This document shows, piece by piece, positions 46,215-54,890 of a stretch of 64,000 nucleotides of DNA. The position numbers were made by a program, and so were the translations under genes. Source of the stretch: Rhodospirillales bacterium (GTDB lineage Bacteria; Pseudomonadota; Alphaproteobacteria; Kiloniellales; CBDCUY01); contig OZ244972.1 of NCBI GenBank assembly GCA_965222795.1, positions 3,008,222-3,072,221 on the forward strand, read 5' to 3'. The notes beneath the pieces were generated by a model, which was not told the DNA's origin, did not search any database, and saw only the letters and a list, made by a program, of their open reading frames with translations. Every line of letters begins with the position of its first letter. Position 1 is the first letter of the stretch.

Positions 46215-47039
46215 ATGCCCTTAACACTCACGATTAAGGCCGAGCTTGAAGTACCTCTCGAGGCCGAGGCCCTCGTTCCCGATACCTTCATCGGCCTGTC
46301 GCAACAGGAAATCTCGTCTGTCGGGGTGCTCTACGGCAATCGGCAAATGGTCCTGGGCGATTTTTTTGGTGTGAGCGGCAATGCGGACGACGAGCTTCGC
46401 CTCGAGGGTGACTTGAGCCGTGTCAAGATGGTTGGTGCCGACATGAAACGTGGTCGCCTAATCCTCGACGGTCCGGTGGGTGCCCATCTGGGTGTCGGCA
46501 TGTCCGGAGGAGAGATCCGGGTTAAAGGCTCTGCCGGCGACTGGGTGGGACCAGAAATGCTCGGCGGCCGCATTGTGATCGAAGGTGATGCGGGTCATGC
46601 CGTCGGCAGTGCCTATCGGGGCAGCCGCATCGGTATGCGTGGCGGCGAAATATTCGTCTTCGGACATGCAGGCAATGAGGTCGGCAGCGCGATGAAACGC
46701 GGCCTCATAGCCATTGGCGGAGATTGCGGTGATTTTACCGGCGTGAACATGCTGGGCGGGACGATTGTCGTCTTCGGCGAGATGGGATGGCGTCCAGGGG
46801 CTAGCCTGCGGCGCGGCACAATCGTGGCAATGCAAGCGAGCGAAGTGTTACCTACCTACAGCTATGCCTGTCGGTACAAACCAGGCTTTCTTCGCCTCTA
46901 CCTCCTCCACCTGCGGGCTCTTGGCCTGCCGGTTTCCGACCAGCAACTAGAGGGTAAGTACTTGCGATACAGTGGGGATTCGATTGAGCTGAACAGAGGC
47001 GAAATCCTGTTTTTGGATCGTTCTGTTGCGGCATCTTAG
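46215..47039 (+). CDS. fhcC: formylmethanofuran dehydrogenase subunit C-like protein (FwdC/FhcC, GXGXG beta-helix)
   Basis: 274 aa with repeated ..G.AG..VG..M.GG.I.V.G.. turns typical of the GXGXG domain. Confidence 0.85.
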   Translation: MPLTLTIKAELEVPLEAEALVPDTFIGLSQQEISSVGVLYGNRQMVLGDFFGVSGNADDELRLEGDLSRVKMVGADMKRGRLILDGPVGAHLGVGMSGGEIRVKGSAGDWVGPEMLGGRIVIEGDAGHAVGSAYRGSRIGMRGGEIFVFGHAGNEVGSAMKRGLIAIGGDCGDFTGVNMLGGTIVVFGEMGWRPGASLRRGTIVAMQASEVLPTYSYACRYKPGFLRLYLLHLRALGLPVSDQQLEGKYLRYSGDSIELNRGEILFLDRSVAAS

Positions 47040-47064
47040 AAAAGCGAATTGAAGGGAGCAGCCC

Positions 47065-48435
47065 TTGTCGGCCCTTGGCTCGGAAGGAATTCCCCTGAGA
47101 GTCGCCGTTGTCGGCGCCGGCCCGGCCGGCTTTTACGCGACTGAAGCCTTGCAGCGGGCTGAGGTCGAAGCCAAGGTTGATATCTTTGAAAGACTGGCCG
47201 CACCCTATGGCTTGGTGCGCAGCGGCGTTGCCCCCGATCACCCAAAACTCAAAAACGCCATTCGTGTCTATCACCAGATCGCACAGTCTGCTGACGTTGC
47301 CTTTCTCGGCAATGTCACTGTAGGACAAGATCTTTCTCTCGAGGAGATGAGCCAACATTACCACGCGGTGATCTTTTGCTACGGCGCCGAAAGCGATCGC
47401 CGCCTGGGTATCCCCGGCGAAGATTTGCCCGGTTCACACACGGCTACCGAATTTGTCGGTTGGTACAACGGGCATCCCGACTACCGCGATCATCAATTCG
47501 ACCTGTCTTGTGAGACTGCGGCGATCATTGGCCAAGGCAACGTTGCCTTAGACGTGGCACGGATCCTTTCCAAGACCGTCGATGAACTGAAGTTTACAGA
47601 TATCGCCCAACACGCGCTTGATAGCCTAGCGGAAAGCCGAGTTCGAGATATCCATATCATTGGCCGGCGGGGGCCGGCACAGGCCAAGTTCAGTCGGGCC
47701 GAGCTTGCGGAGTTTGCTCATCTTGAAGATTGCAGTGCTGTGGTCGATCCAGAGGATTTGCATCTAAACCCGGCCAGTGCGGCGGAACGCGATGACCGGG
47801 AAGGGCGTGGCATTGGAAAAAATCTTGAGCTCTTGCAGAGTTTCACCGAGCCGAAGCAGGGCAAGAAACGCCAGGTCTACTTTCGGTTTCTCTTGAGCCC
47901 CAAGGCCATCGAAGGGAAGGAGAGGGTAACCCGCCTACTCTTGGAAAAGAACCGGCTTGAGGGCAAAGCGTTTCAACAGCGGGCCATAGGGACGGGCGAG
48001 ACACTGCCTATCGATTGCGGACTGGTATTTCGCAGTATTGGCTATCTTGGTCAACCGGTTCCGGGCCTTCCGTTTGACCCCGGCAAGGGCATTGTTCCCA
48101 ACCGGCAAGGGCGGGTGGTCATGGACGATGAATTGCCGGCGGATGTCTACGTGGCTGGCTGGATCAAGCGCGGTCCAACGGGGAAAATTGGCACCAACCG
48201 TGCGGATGCGGTAGAGACCGTCGAGACCCTCCTGAGCCATTTGGCTGATCTGTCGCAGGAACCGAAAGAGGGTGCTGCCGGGTTAAGTTCGCTTCTGGAA
48301 GAGCGCGGCGTTCGCGTTGTCAGTTATCCAGATTGGTTGACCCTTGACGCGGTGGAGGTCGATCGTGGTAAGCCGCTAGGAAAGCCGCGGGAGAAACTTA
48401 CGCGGACTTCAGAGAAGCTGTCTTTGCTGGAGTGA
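47065..48435 (+). CDS. FprA/adrenodoxin-reductase-type NAD(P)H:ferredoxin oxidoreductase
   Basis: 456 aa. ..VAVVGAGPAGFYA.., ..FERLAAPYGLVRSGVAPDHPKLK.., and a second dinucleotide motif ..AAIIGQGNVALDVARIL... TTG start. Confidence 0.75.
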   Translation: MSALGSEGIPLRVAVVGAGPAGFYATEALQRAEVEAKVDIFERLAAPYGLVRSGVAPDHPKLKNAIRVYHQIAQSADVAFLGNVTVGQDLSLEEMSQHYHAVIFCYGAESDRRLGIPGEDLPGSHTATEFVGWYNGHPDYRDHQFDLSCETAAIIGQGNVALDVARILSKTVDELKFTDIAQHALDSLAESRVRDIHIIGRRGPAQAKFSRAELAEFAHLEDCSAVVDPEDLHLNPASAAERDDREGRGIGKNLELLQSFTEPKQGKKRQVYFRFLLSPKAIEGKERVTRLLLEKNRLEGKAFQQRAIGTGETLPIDCGLVFRSIGYLGQPVPGLPFDPGKGIVPNRQGRVVMDDELPADVYVAGWIKRGPTGKIGTNRADAVETVETLLSHLADLSQEPKEGAAGLSSLLEERGVRVVSYPDWLTLDAVEVDRGKPLGKPREKLTRTSEKLSLLE

Positions 48436-49132
48436 TCGGTCGTTCGGCTGCCTCCATGCGAGGGATGAGCCGGCGCACCTGGGCGAGCTTCTGCACATCC
48501 AAATCCTGAGTCCGTGCCGCGCCTCGACACAGGGCGCCGCGAAACCCCAGAAAATCAGGATCGAGCTTGAGCAGCGGAGCGATATCTTGACTGGCCAGCG
48601 AGCCGGCCAAGCCAGTCAATAGCCCAAACGCCCGACTCTGCCGAACAAAGCGGTCGAGGGTCTGGTGATCCATAAACTTTCTTAGACTTCCGCTGCCTTT
48701 GGCTGCTGTATCGAGCATGACTCCTAGGCAGCCGACCGCCGCGATGATGGGCAAAAGCGAGACATCCGCCTGTCGGTCAGCGAAAAGCACGACCACTATT
48801 CGCGTATCATTTTTGGCAAGTGGTTCTAAGCTCCCCAATACGGCATGGGCGCCGGCCGGATCGAAGATGCCGACTTTCACAATGTCGACCCCAGTGGCGG
48901 CGACATTGGTTACGGCCTCTGTCACCCGATCGACCTGGTTCGGCAGATCGCCGATCGTGGCGCTACAAGGACGGCGTCCCGCAATTCGCTCGACAGCGGC
49001 AGCGACGGTTGCTAGCGGCAGTGCGCCCAGGGCCCCGCTAGAGGGGTCTTTCAAATCGATAATGTCCACCCCGGCAGCAAGGGCAAGGCTCGCCTCCTCC
49101 GGAGAGGACACACTTGCCAAGAATCGTGTCAA
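48398..49132 (-). CDS. mfnB: (5-formylfuran-3-yl)methyl phosphate synthase (methanofuran biosynthesis, MfnB/DUF556)
   Basis: 244 aa. ..FLASVSSPEEASLALAAGVDIIDLKDPSSGALGALP.. matches the MfnB N-terminus. The 3' end overlaps the convergent FprA-like gene by 38 nt. Confidence 0.7.
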   Translation of the reverse strand: MTRFLASVSSPEEASLALAAGVDIIDLKDPSSGALGALPLATVAAAVERIAGRRPCSATIGDLPNQVDRVTEAVTNVAATGVDIVKVGIFDPAGAHAVLGSLEPLAKNDTRIVVVLFADRQADVSLLPIIAAVGCLGVMLDTAAKGSGSLRKFMDHQTLDRFVRQSRAFGLLTGLAGSLASQDIAPLLKLDPDFLGFRGALCRGAARTQDLDVQKLAQVRRLIPRMEAAERPITPAKTASLKSA

Positions 49133-49156
49133 GACTTCCTCCTGTTCAGTGACGCC

Positions 49157-49870
49157 TTAGATCGTCTTGAATTGTTCAACCATCTCAGTCAGGCGCTGCA
49201 CGTCCAAAACTACGAGGGCCGTCCCTTGCCGCCTCACCACGCCGATCTTGGCAAGATCGCTGAGCACTCTGGCGACGGTTTCACGCGTCGTACTCACGCG
49301 GCTGGCGATGTCCGAGTGGGGCGCGATCGGGCGGATCGTAGCCGTGTTGTCATCCTCTTCCACTTCATGGGCAAGCCGCAAGACTTCCGCGTAGACTCGG
49401 TTTTGGGCGCCCAGTGTACTCAAGTCCATGATGCGCTCGCTGGCCCGGCGCACCATAAGCGTCAAGCGTTGCAGCAAGCGCATGGCAACACCGGAGTGCT
49501 CGTGCACCAAACGCCGGAAGGCATCCGACGAAAGGCTTGCTACGAGAGTATCTTCTAAGGCGACTACGCTTGCTGAGCGTGGTTGACCGTCGATGGCCGC
49601 AAGCTCGCCGAAACAGCCGCCGGCTTCGATATCTTCGAAACTGACTTCGCGACCAGACAAGGAGTAGTCGACAACCCGTACCACCCCCTCCACGACAAAA
49701 TAGGCATCCATGGTTTCAGTTTCGCGGCCAATGACCTGCTGGGCGGGGCCATAGCGACGCCACCGGCATTGAGTGGCCAGCCGTTCCTTTTCAGCAGCAC
49801 TTAAGGACGCCAGCAAAATGATGCCGGTCAAACTTTGCGAGTCGTTCTTTTTTGTATCGCCCTGAAGCAC
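49157..49870 (-). CDS. Crp/Fnr-family transcriptional regulator
   Basis: cNMP-binding domain (..GGCFGELAAIDGQPRSASVVA..) and a C-terminal HTH (..SDIASRVSTTRETVARVLSDL..). GTG 49870 lies 7 nt after AAGGAGAA. The track ORF up to 50017 is probably over-extended. Confidence 0.75.
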   Translation of the reverse strand: MLQGDTKKNDSQSLTGIILLASLSAAEKERLATQCRWRRYGPAQQVIGRETETMDAYFVVEGVVRVVDYSLSGREVSFEDIEAGGCFGELAAIDGQPRSASVVALEDTLVASLSSDAFRRLVHEHSGVAMRLLQRLTLMVRRASERIMDLSTLGAQNRVYAEVLRLAHEVEEDDNTATIRPIAPHSDIASRVSTTRETVARVLSDLAKIGVVRRQGTALVVLDVQRLTEMVEQFKTI

Positions 49871-50172
49871 CGAATGTTCTCCTTCCTTGCGTTCCGCCAA
49901 GGCTTGATGAGACCGGAGTGCCGCCAATGGCAGATGGACAACAGATGATTTTTGCAGTCTCATCGCCGCGCGAAACAACCAACCTGCTGCGCCAGCATAG
50001 ACAGCGCAGCAGTCCAACTTGCAGCACGAAGGCTAACGATCGAGCTAGTGTAAATCCGCTTTTTGAGGATTGGTAGCCGGAAACACCAATAATGCTGCCA
50101 CCATGCTGTTCCGGATTGAGAATGGCGCAGCTGAATTATTATTATTGGCGCAAATTCTTTTCTGATCCGAGC

Positions 50173-50211
50173 CCGGTAAGCCGAGACGGCGTGACGTTCT
50201 CGGCTTACCGG
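50173..50211 (-). terminator. perfect 14-bp stem hairpin downstream of the OmpA-family gene (terminator or REP-like; no U-tract)
   Basis: CCGGTAAGCCGAGA-N11-TCTCGGCTTACCGG, 24 nt after the stop codon. Confidence 0.3.
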
Positions 50212-50234
50212 TGGGTGTTCGGCTGGCCGCGCGC

Positions 50235-50774
50235 CTACTTGCCGGTGTTGATGATCTCGACGCGTCGATTTTCGCCGGCTTCTGGGTTGGAGGCGTTAAT
50301 TGGCTCGGCCTCGCCCTTGCCGACCGAACGCATGCGGAACGGATCGATACTATGGGTGCTAGCGAGATAGGTTTCGACGGACTTGGCACGCCTTTCGGAC
50401 AGCTTTTGATTGTAGCTCGCACTGCCCTTGCTGTCGGTGTGACCTTCGATCAGGAAGGTGAAGTCGCCCAGCTGCTGAGAGTTCAACGCGGTGCCCAATT
50501 GATCGAGCGTGGCAATAGCTTCGGACGTCAAATTGGCAGAATTGAACTCGAAGGTAATGTTGACCGCAACGCTTGGCAATTCCGGCTCGGTGGTTGGGTT
50601 GGCAGGCGCAATGCCGCGGCTCTTGGGAGGCGGCAGAAGGGCGCGAATAAAATCTTCCGACGTCGCGTTCTTGCTCAGCACGGTTGCCTCTTGGGCCGTG
50701 GCGGGCGCGTCGAACAAGATTAAGGCAACAGCGCCGGTCAGCGCTAAACGCATCAAAGTCTTAGCTTTGGTCAT
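50235..50774 (-). CDS. OmpA/MotB-domain (peptidoglycan-associated) protein
   Basis: 179 aa. Signal peptide, then ..FEFNSANLT...FLIEGHTDSKGSASYNQKLSERRAKSV...NRRVEI... Confidence 0.8.
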   Translation of the reverse strand: MTKAKTLMRLALTGAVALILFDAPATAQEATVLSKNATSEDFIRALLPPPKSRGIAPANPTTEPELPSVAVNITFEFNSANLTSEAIATLDQLGTALNSQQLGDFTFLIEGHTDSKGSASYNQKLSERRAKSVETYLASTHSIDPFRMRSVGKGEAEPINASNPEAGENRRVEIINTGK

Positions 50775-51680
50775 CTCCGGTAACTCCTCGATATCCTCGT
50801 CTCTGTGAGGGATGATCTGCTCCTTGGGTGTGATCTAGTACCTCTATCTTGCCGACTTTTACTCTGCGGCGATGTGACAAGCATCACAACCCAGTGATTT
50901 TTCCGCCCGTCGCCAAACCGTCGTGTAACAGAACCGCTACCGTGGCTGTCAGTGCACGTGAATTGAGCCGGACATTCATCGCTCGAGATCGTGAGAGAAA
51001 AAGAATTGCCCGACAACAAATATAGTGTAGCAAAATGTGACGATGTTCACAACAATTTCTGAAAGAATTTTAACTATAGATTGTAATATTCCCAAATTTT
51101 TCAGGGATATTTTGGAAAGTTGATATAGAATTATTTGTACTTGTGAATAAAAACCACCTTTTACTTACAGATATTAACCGGCCTGGTCGAGGTAAAAATA
51201 GAACCTCGAGTGACGATCTGACTTAGTCAGCTTTGTTCTAAGGAAATTGCCGCCCGACGCTCTAGGCGCAACGCTGGGAGGCGTCGGTCCTTGTTCCAAT
51301 GTTGCTCTATTGTGCCAATAGCGGTTCTTGGGGCAGGCAAGACGGCAAGAATTATTTCGCGCCGCGCCCTACTGATCGACGCGGTGTTCTAGAGCGTGAT
51401 CGAGATTACGTCGTGAACCAGTCTCTTTTCAAATGCTGAGCGGAGGATTCACGGCGCAATCGGGAGCGCCAAAGCGATGCCGATGAAGCCGATCCTGCGC
51501 TAGTGTGGCGGATTTGAAGTTCCTATCATTATTTGGAGCAGCACCGAGAGGCGCTTTAAATCTGGAAACCACACGAGACTCAACACCATACTGGTGTCCT
51601 GATCGATTCCGAAATTCAGTCGGTGCAGGCCACATTATGAAGCGAATTTCGGAAGCGGGTCTAGGGGTGACGACGAGGAA

Positions 51681-52202
51681 TTAGCCGGCTTGTTGGCCTT
51701 GTTCGGATTCAACCAGGGCCTTAAGCTTATTTGTGATGGCAAGGCCGCTTTCGCCGCCTTGGCCTTTGATCTTGTTTTTGAGCACGATTTCCATCGCTGA
51801 AAGATGAAGCCGGGCGAGCTCTAGCTGCCGGTCGGAGACCGTGGCACGATCACGGATCAAAGCGCACAGGCTCGCGGCTATTTCCGTGATTAGGTCATAG
51901 CCAAAACTGCTGCCCTGACCTTTCATGTCATGGCAAATCCGATGCAGTTCGGCACAGTGTTCACTGCGTTGGGCCGCATCTTCTTGGGCGAGGCGTAGCG
52001 CGTTCACCGCTTTCTGCTGATCCTCGAGGACCAAAGCTTCAAAATGCTCGGCGATCGCCGCCAATTCGGCTTCTGCGTCGTTTAAAGAGGAAGCCGGATT
52101 CGACAACCCTTGATCGGCGTGGTCGGCTGGCTGGGAATTGGCGTTTGGCTTCATGGCCCCATAGGCAGCTGTCTTTAAGGATGAGAGTGTATCTTTCATC
52201 AA
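51681..52202 (-). CDS. stand-alone Hpt (histidine phosphotransfer) domain protein
   Basis: 173 aa. ..LHRICHDMKGQGSSFGYDLI.. is the Hpt phospho-His helix. Confidence 0.65.
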   Translation of the reverse strand: MMKDTLSSLKTAAYGAMKPNANSQPADHADQGLSNPASSLNDAEAELAAIAEHFEALVLEDQQKAVNALRLAQEDAAQRSEHCAELHRICHDMKGQGSSFGYDLITEIAASLCALIRDRATVSDRQLELARLHLSAMEIVLKNKIKGQGGESGLAITNKLKALVESEQGQQAG

Positions 52203-52398
52203 ATTGTTTAAAAGGAAGTTGTTTTTTTGGAATTAGCACCGGCCCGCGATCCGGTTTCTGCCTCAATAGTCTGCTGCCAAGGCATTTGTGAATAACGAGA
52301 GTGGTAAATGGTTGCTTTACCATGAAGCAATTCCAACAAGGGTTTCTTAGTCGATGCTAGTGATACTGGCGGAAGATTTTAGAAGGCCCGGCACGACC

Positions 52399-54081
52399 AT
52401 GGCACCGCGTAGTCCAGTAAGCGACTTGCCCACCCACCGTGTATTCAACCAACCGCCGATACTCGAGAACTACGATCTTCTGAGCACCGATCCCTGCCTG
52501 CACGCATCCCTATTGCGTGAAGGGGCCCCCTGGTCTCTGCCAATGGTCGAAGCGTTGGGACAGGTATTGGGATGCGAGGATGTGCTTGAGCTAGGCCATC
52601 GGGCCAACCGCCACCTTCCAGAGCTTCGCTCCTTCGATCGCCTTGGTCATCGCATCGACGAGGTGGTGTTTGACCCCTCCTACCATGAATTGATGGCTCT
52701 GGGGTTTTCTCGCCGACTTCCCACCATTGCTTGGACGGCGCCGCAGGCAGGCGGCCATGTGGCCCATGCGGCTATGACCTTGATGTTCATCCAAGTGGAA
52801 GCGGGGGTGGCTTGCCCCTTCGCCATGGCCTATGCCGCCGTGCCGGTGTTGCGGCAACAGCCGGGCATCTTTGACGATTGGGTGTCAGGCCTGCTGTCGA
52901 CCGACTATGACCAGCGGTTCTTGCCGATCACGGAAAAGCGCGGGCTTACAATCGGCATGGCGATGACGGAAAAGCAAGGCGGCTCTGATGTTCGCGCCAA
53001 CTCAACCCGTGCCGAAGCGGTGTCAGAAAGTGGATCCGGCCAAGAGTATAGGCTCGTCGGGCACAAGTGGTTTTGTTCGGCTCCTATGTCCGATGGCTTC
53101 CTCACCTTGGCGCAGACCCAACCAGAGGGCCAAGGGGGACCGACATGTTTCTTGGTTCCGCGGTGGCTGCCGGATGGGCAAAGAAACGCGATCGTCATCC
53201 AGCGCTTGAAGGATAAACTTGGTAATCGGGCCAATGCCTCGGCGGAAATCGAGTATCACGGCGCTTGGGCGCAGCGGGTCGGTGAAGAAGGAGCCGGCGT
53301 GCGCACGATCATCGAGATGGTCCATCACACGCGTCTCGATTGCGCGATAGCCGCGGCCGCCCTCATGCGGCAGGCGGTGGTGCAAGCGATCCACCATGCC
53401 GCTCATCGAAGGGCCTTTGGCTCGTTGTTGATTGAGCAGCCTTTGATGCGCAACGTGCTCGCCGACCTGGCGCTCGAGTCTGAAGCGGCGACCACCCTGG
53501 TGATGCGCGTGGCGCGGGCCTTCGATCAAGGGCAACACGACCCAGCCGCCAAGCTCTTCGCGCGGGTTGCGGTCGCGGTCGCCAAATATTGGTTGAACAA
53601 GCGAGTCTGCCAGCATGTCTATGAGGCCATGGAGAGCCTGGGTGGGGCCGGCTATGTCGAGGAATCCATCCTGCCGCGGCTTTATCGGGAAGCGCCCCTA
53701 AACAGCATTTGGGAGGGAGCGGGCAACGTCATCTGCCTCGATGTGCTGCGGGCTTTCAGGCGCCAACCGGAATGCTTGGAACTTCTTTTGGCAGAGCTCG
53801 AGCAAGCTCGCGGTGGCGCAAGACGACTGGATCAGGCCATTGACCGTCTCAAGGATGACCTGCTCCGAGCGGAGGAGCAGGAACTGCGCGCCCGGCGGTT
53901 GGTTGAATCCTTGGCAATCAGCCTGCAGGGCGCGCTGCTTTTGCGCCATGCCCCGACGGCTGTTGCCGACGCCTTTATTGCATCAAGGCTCTCTGAGCGC
54001 CCCATGCATTGCTATGGTACCTTGCCGGAAAGGCTTGATGTTTCGGCGATCATCGAGCGTGCCTGGCCGCAGATCGATTAA
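52399..54081 (+). CDS. AidB-like acyl-CoA dehydrogenase family protein
   Basis: ATG 52399. ..MTEKQGGSDVRANST.. and ..IWEGAGNVICLDVLR.. are typical of the AidB/ACAD family. Confidence 0.8.
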   Translation: MAPRSPVSDLPTHRVFNQPPILENYDLLSTDPCLHASLLREGAPWSLPMVEALGQVLGCEDVLELGHRANRHLPELRSFDRLGHRIDEVVFDPSYHELMALGFSRRLPTIAWTAPQAGGHVAHAAMTLMFIQVEAGVACPFAMAYAAVPVLRQQPGIFDDWVSGLLSTDYDQRFLPITEKRGLTIGMAMTEKQGGSDVRANSTRAEAVSESGSGQEYRLVGHKWFCSAPMSDGFLTLAQTQPEGQGGPTCFLVPRWLPDGQRNAIVIQRLKDKLGNRANASAEIEYHGAWAQRVGEEGAGVRTIIEMVHHTRLDCAIAAAALMRQAVVQAIHHAAHRRAFGSLLIEQPLMRNVLADLALESEAATTLVMRVARAFDQGQHDPAAKLFARVAVAVAKYWLNKRVCQHVYEAMESLGGAGYVEESILPRLYREAPLNSIWEGAGNVICLDVLRAFRRQPECLELLLAELEQARGGARRLDQAIDRLKDDLLRAEEQELRARRLVESLAISLQGALLLRHAPTAVADAFIASRLSERPMHCYGTLPERLDVSAIIERAWPQID

Positions 54082-54890
54082 CGGGCTCGAATGATCGATT
54101 CGGCGAGTTCAAGATCCGCAGGCTTATCCACGTCCAAGGCGGCTGTAGGGTAGGGCAGAACGATTTCCCGGATTTTTACCCCGAGGCGAGCGGACGCATG
54201 CTCAAACGCCGCCCGGAGGGTCAAGCGGCCGAAAAGGAATGCCAGCAAGGGCCGCAGCCCGAAGGCCGCGACCAAACGCCAGGGCTTTTTCCGATAACGC
54301 TCCGCCTGTTGCCAATAGGCAATGGCCTTAAGTGCCTTAGGCGACTGCAAGAAGAACAAGTTGCAGCCAGAAAAACGTCCGTCTTGAAATCGAAGAAAGG
54401 TGCGCTTCGCCTCTGGATGATATTGCAAGATCAGCTTGCCTTCCGCCAAACCGGCCGTTAGATCGGCCCCGGTCTCGCGCGAGGCCGCGCAAAAGTGTTC
54501 CACCATCTCCACCGTCATCAAGGGGCTATCCGCCGTCGTGATGAGGAGCGGGAAGGGTGCTTCCTGGGAAGCGATCGCACTTCGAACGCTTTCAGCCGGG
54601 CTGGCGGCGCTGGGCAGCACGCGGCAGCGATCCGCTGCGACGCCAACCGCGCTGATGATGCCGCGCACGGGCTCTCGTCCCCCCTCATCGACCACGATGG
54701 CCAGTTGCCCGAGGGAAGGACAGTGGCTCAGCGTGTCAAGCACCCGCGCCAGCATGCTCTGGCCAGCGATAGGCACGAGGCATTTATGGCTGACCCCGGA
54801 GAACCGGGCCACTGGATCCGCCGGGCCTCGGGACGCCGCCAGGATAAGCACTGTCACCGGCGGCACGGCAGCTGCGCTTGGCCCGCTCAC
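54078..54890 (-). CDS. MobA-like NTP-transferase-domain protein (nucleotidyltransferase family)
   Basis: 270 aa. N-terminus ..VLILAASRGPADPVAR....KCLVPIAGQSML.. The stop overlaps the convergent aidB-like stop (TTAA), and the start overlaps the upstream gene. Confidence 0.55.
   Translation of the reverse strand: MSGPSAAAVPPVTVLILAASRGPADPVARFSGVSHKCLVPIAGQSMLARVLDTLSHCPSLGQLAIVVDEGGREPVRGIISAVGVAADRCRVLPSAASPAESVRSAIASQEAPFPLLITTADSPLMTVEMVEHFCAASRETGADLTAGLAEGKLILQYHPEAKRTFLRFQDGRFSGCNLFFLQSPKALKAIAYWQQAERYRKKPWRLVAAFGLRPLLAFLFGRLTLRAAFEHASARLGVKIREIVLPYPTAALDVDKPADLELAESIIRAR

Noticed and set aside
50771-51635. ORFs 50771..51019(-) and 51429..51635(-), and a 26-aa ORF at 51043..51123(+), inside the 0.9-kb gap.
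   Set aside because: No ribosome-binding sites, no family resemblance, and non-coding-like composition. One overlaps the OmpA-family start region.
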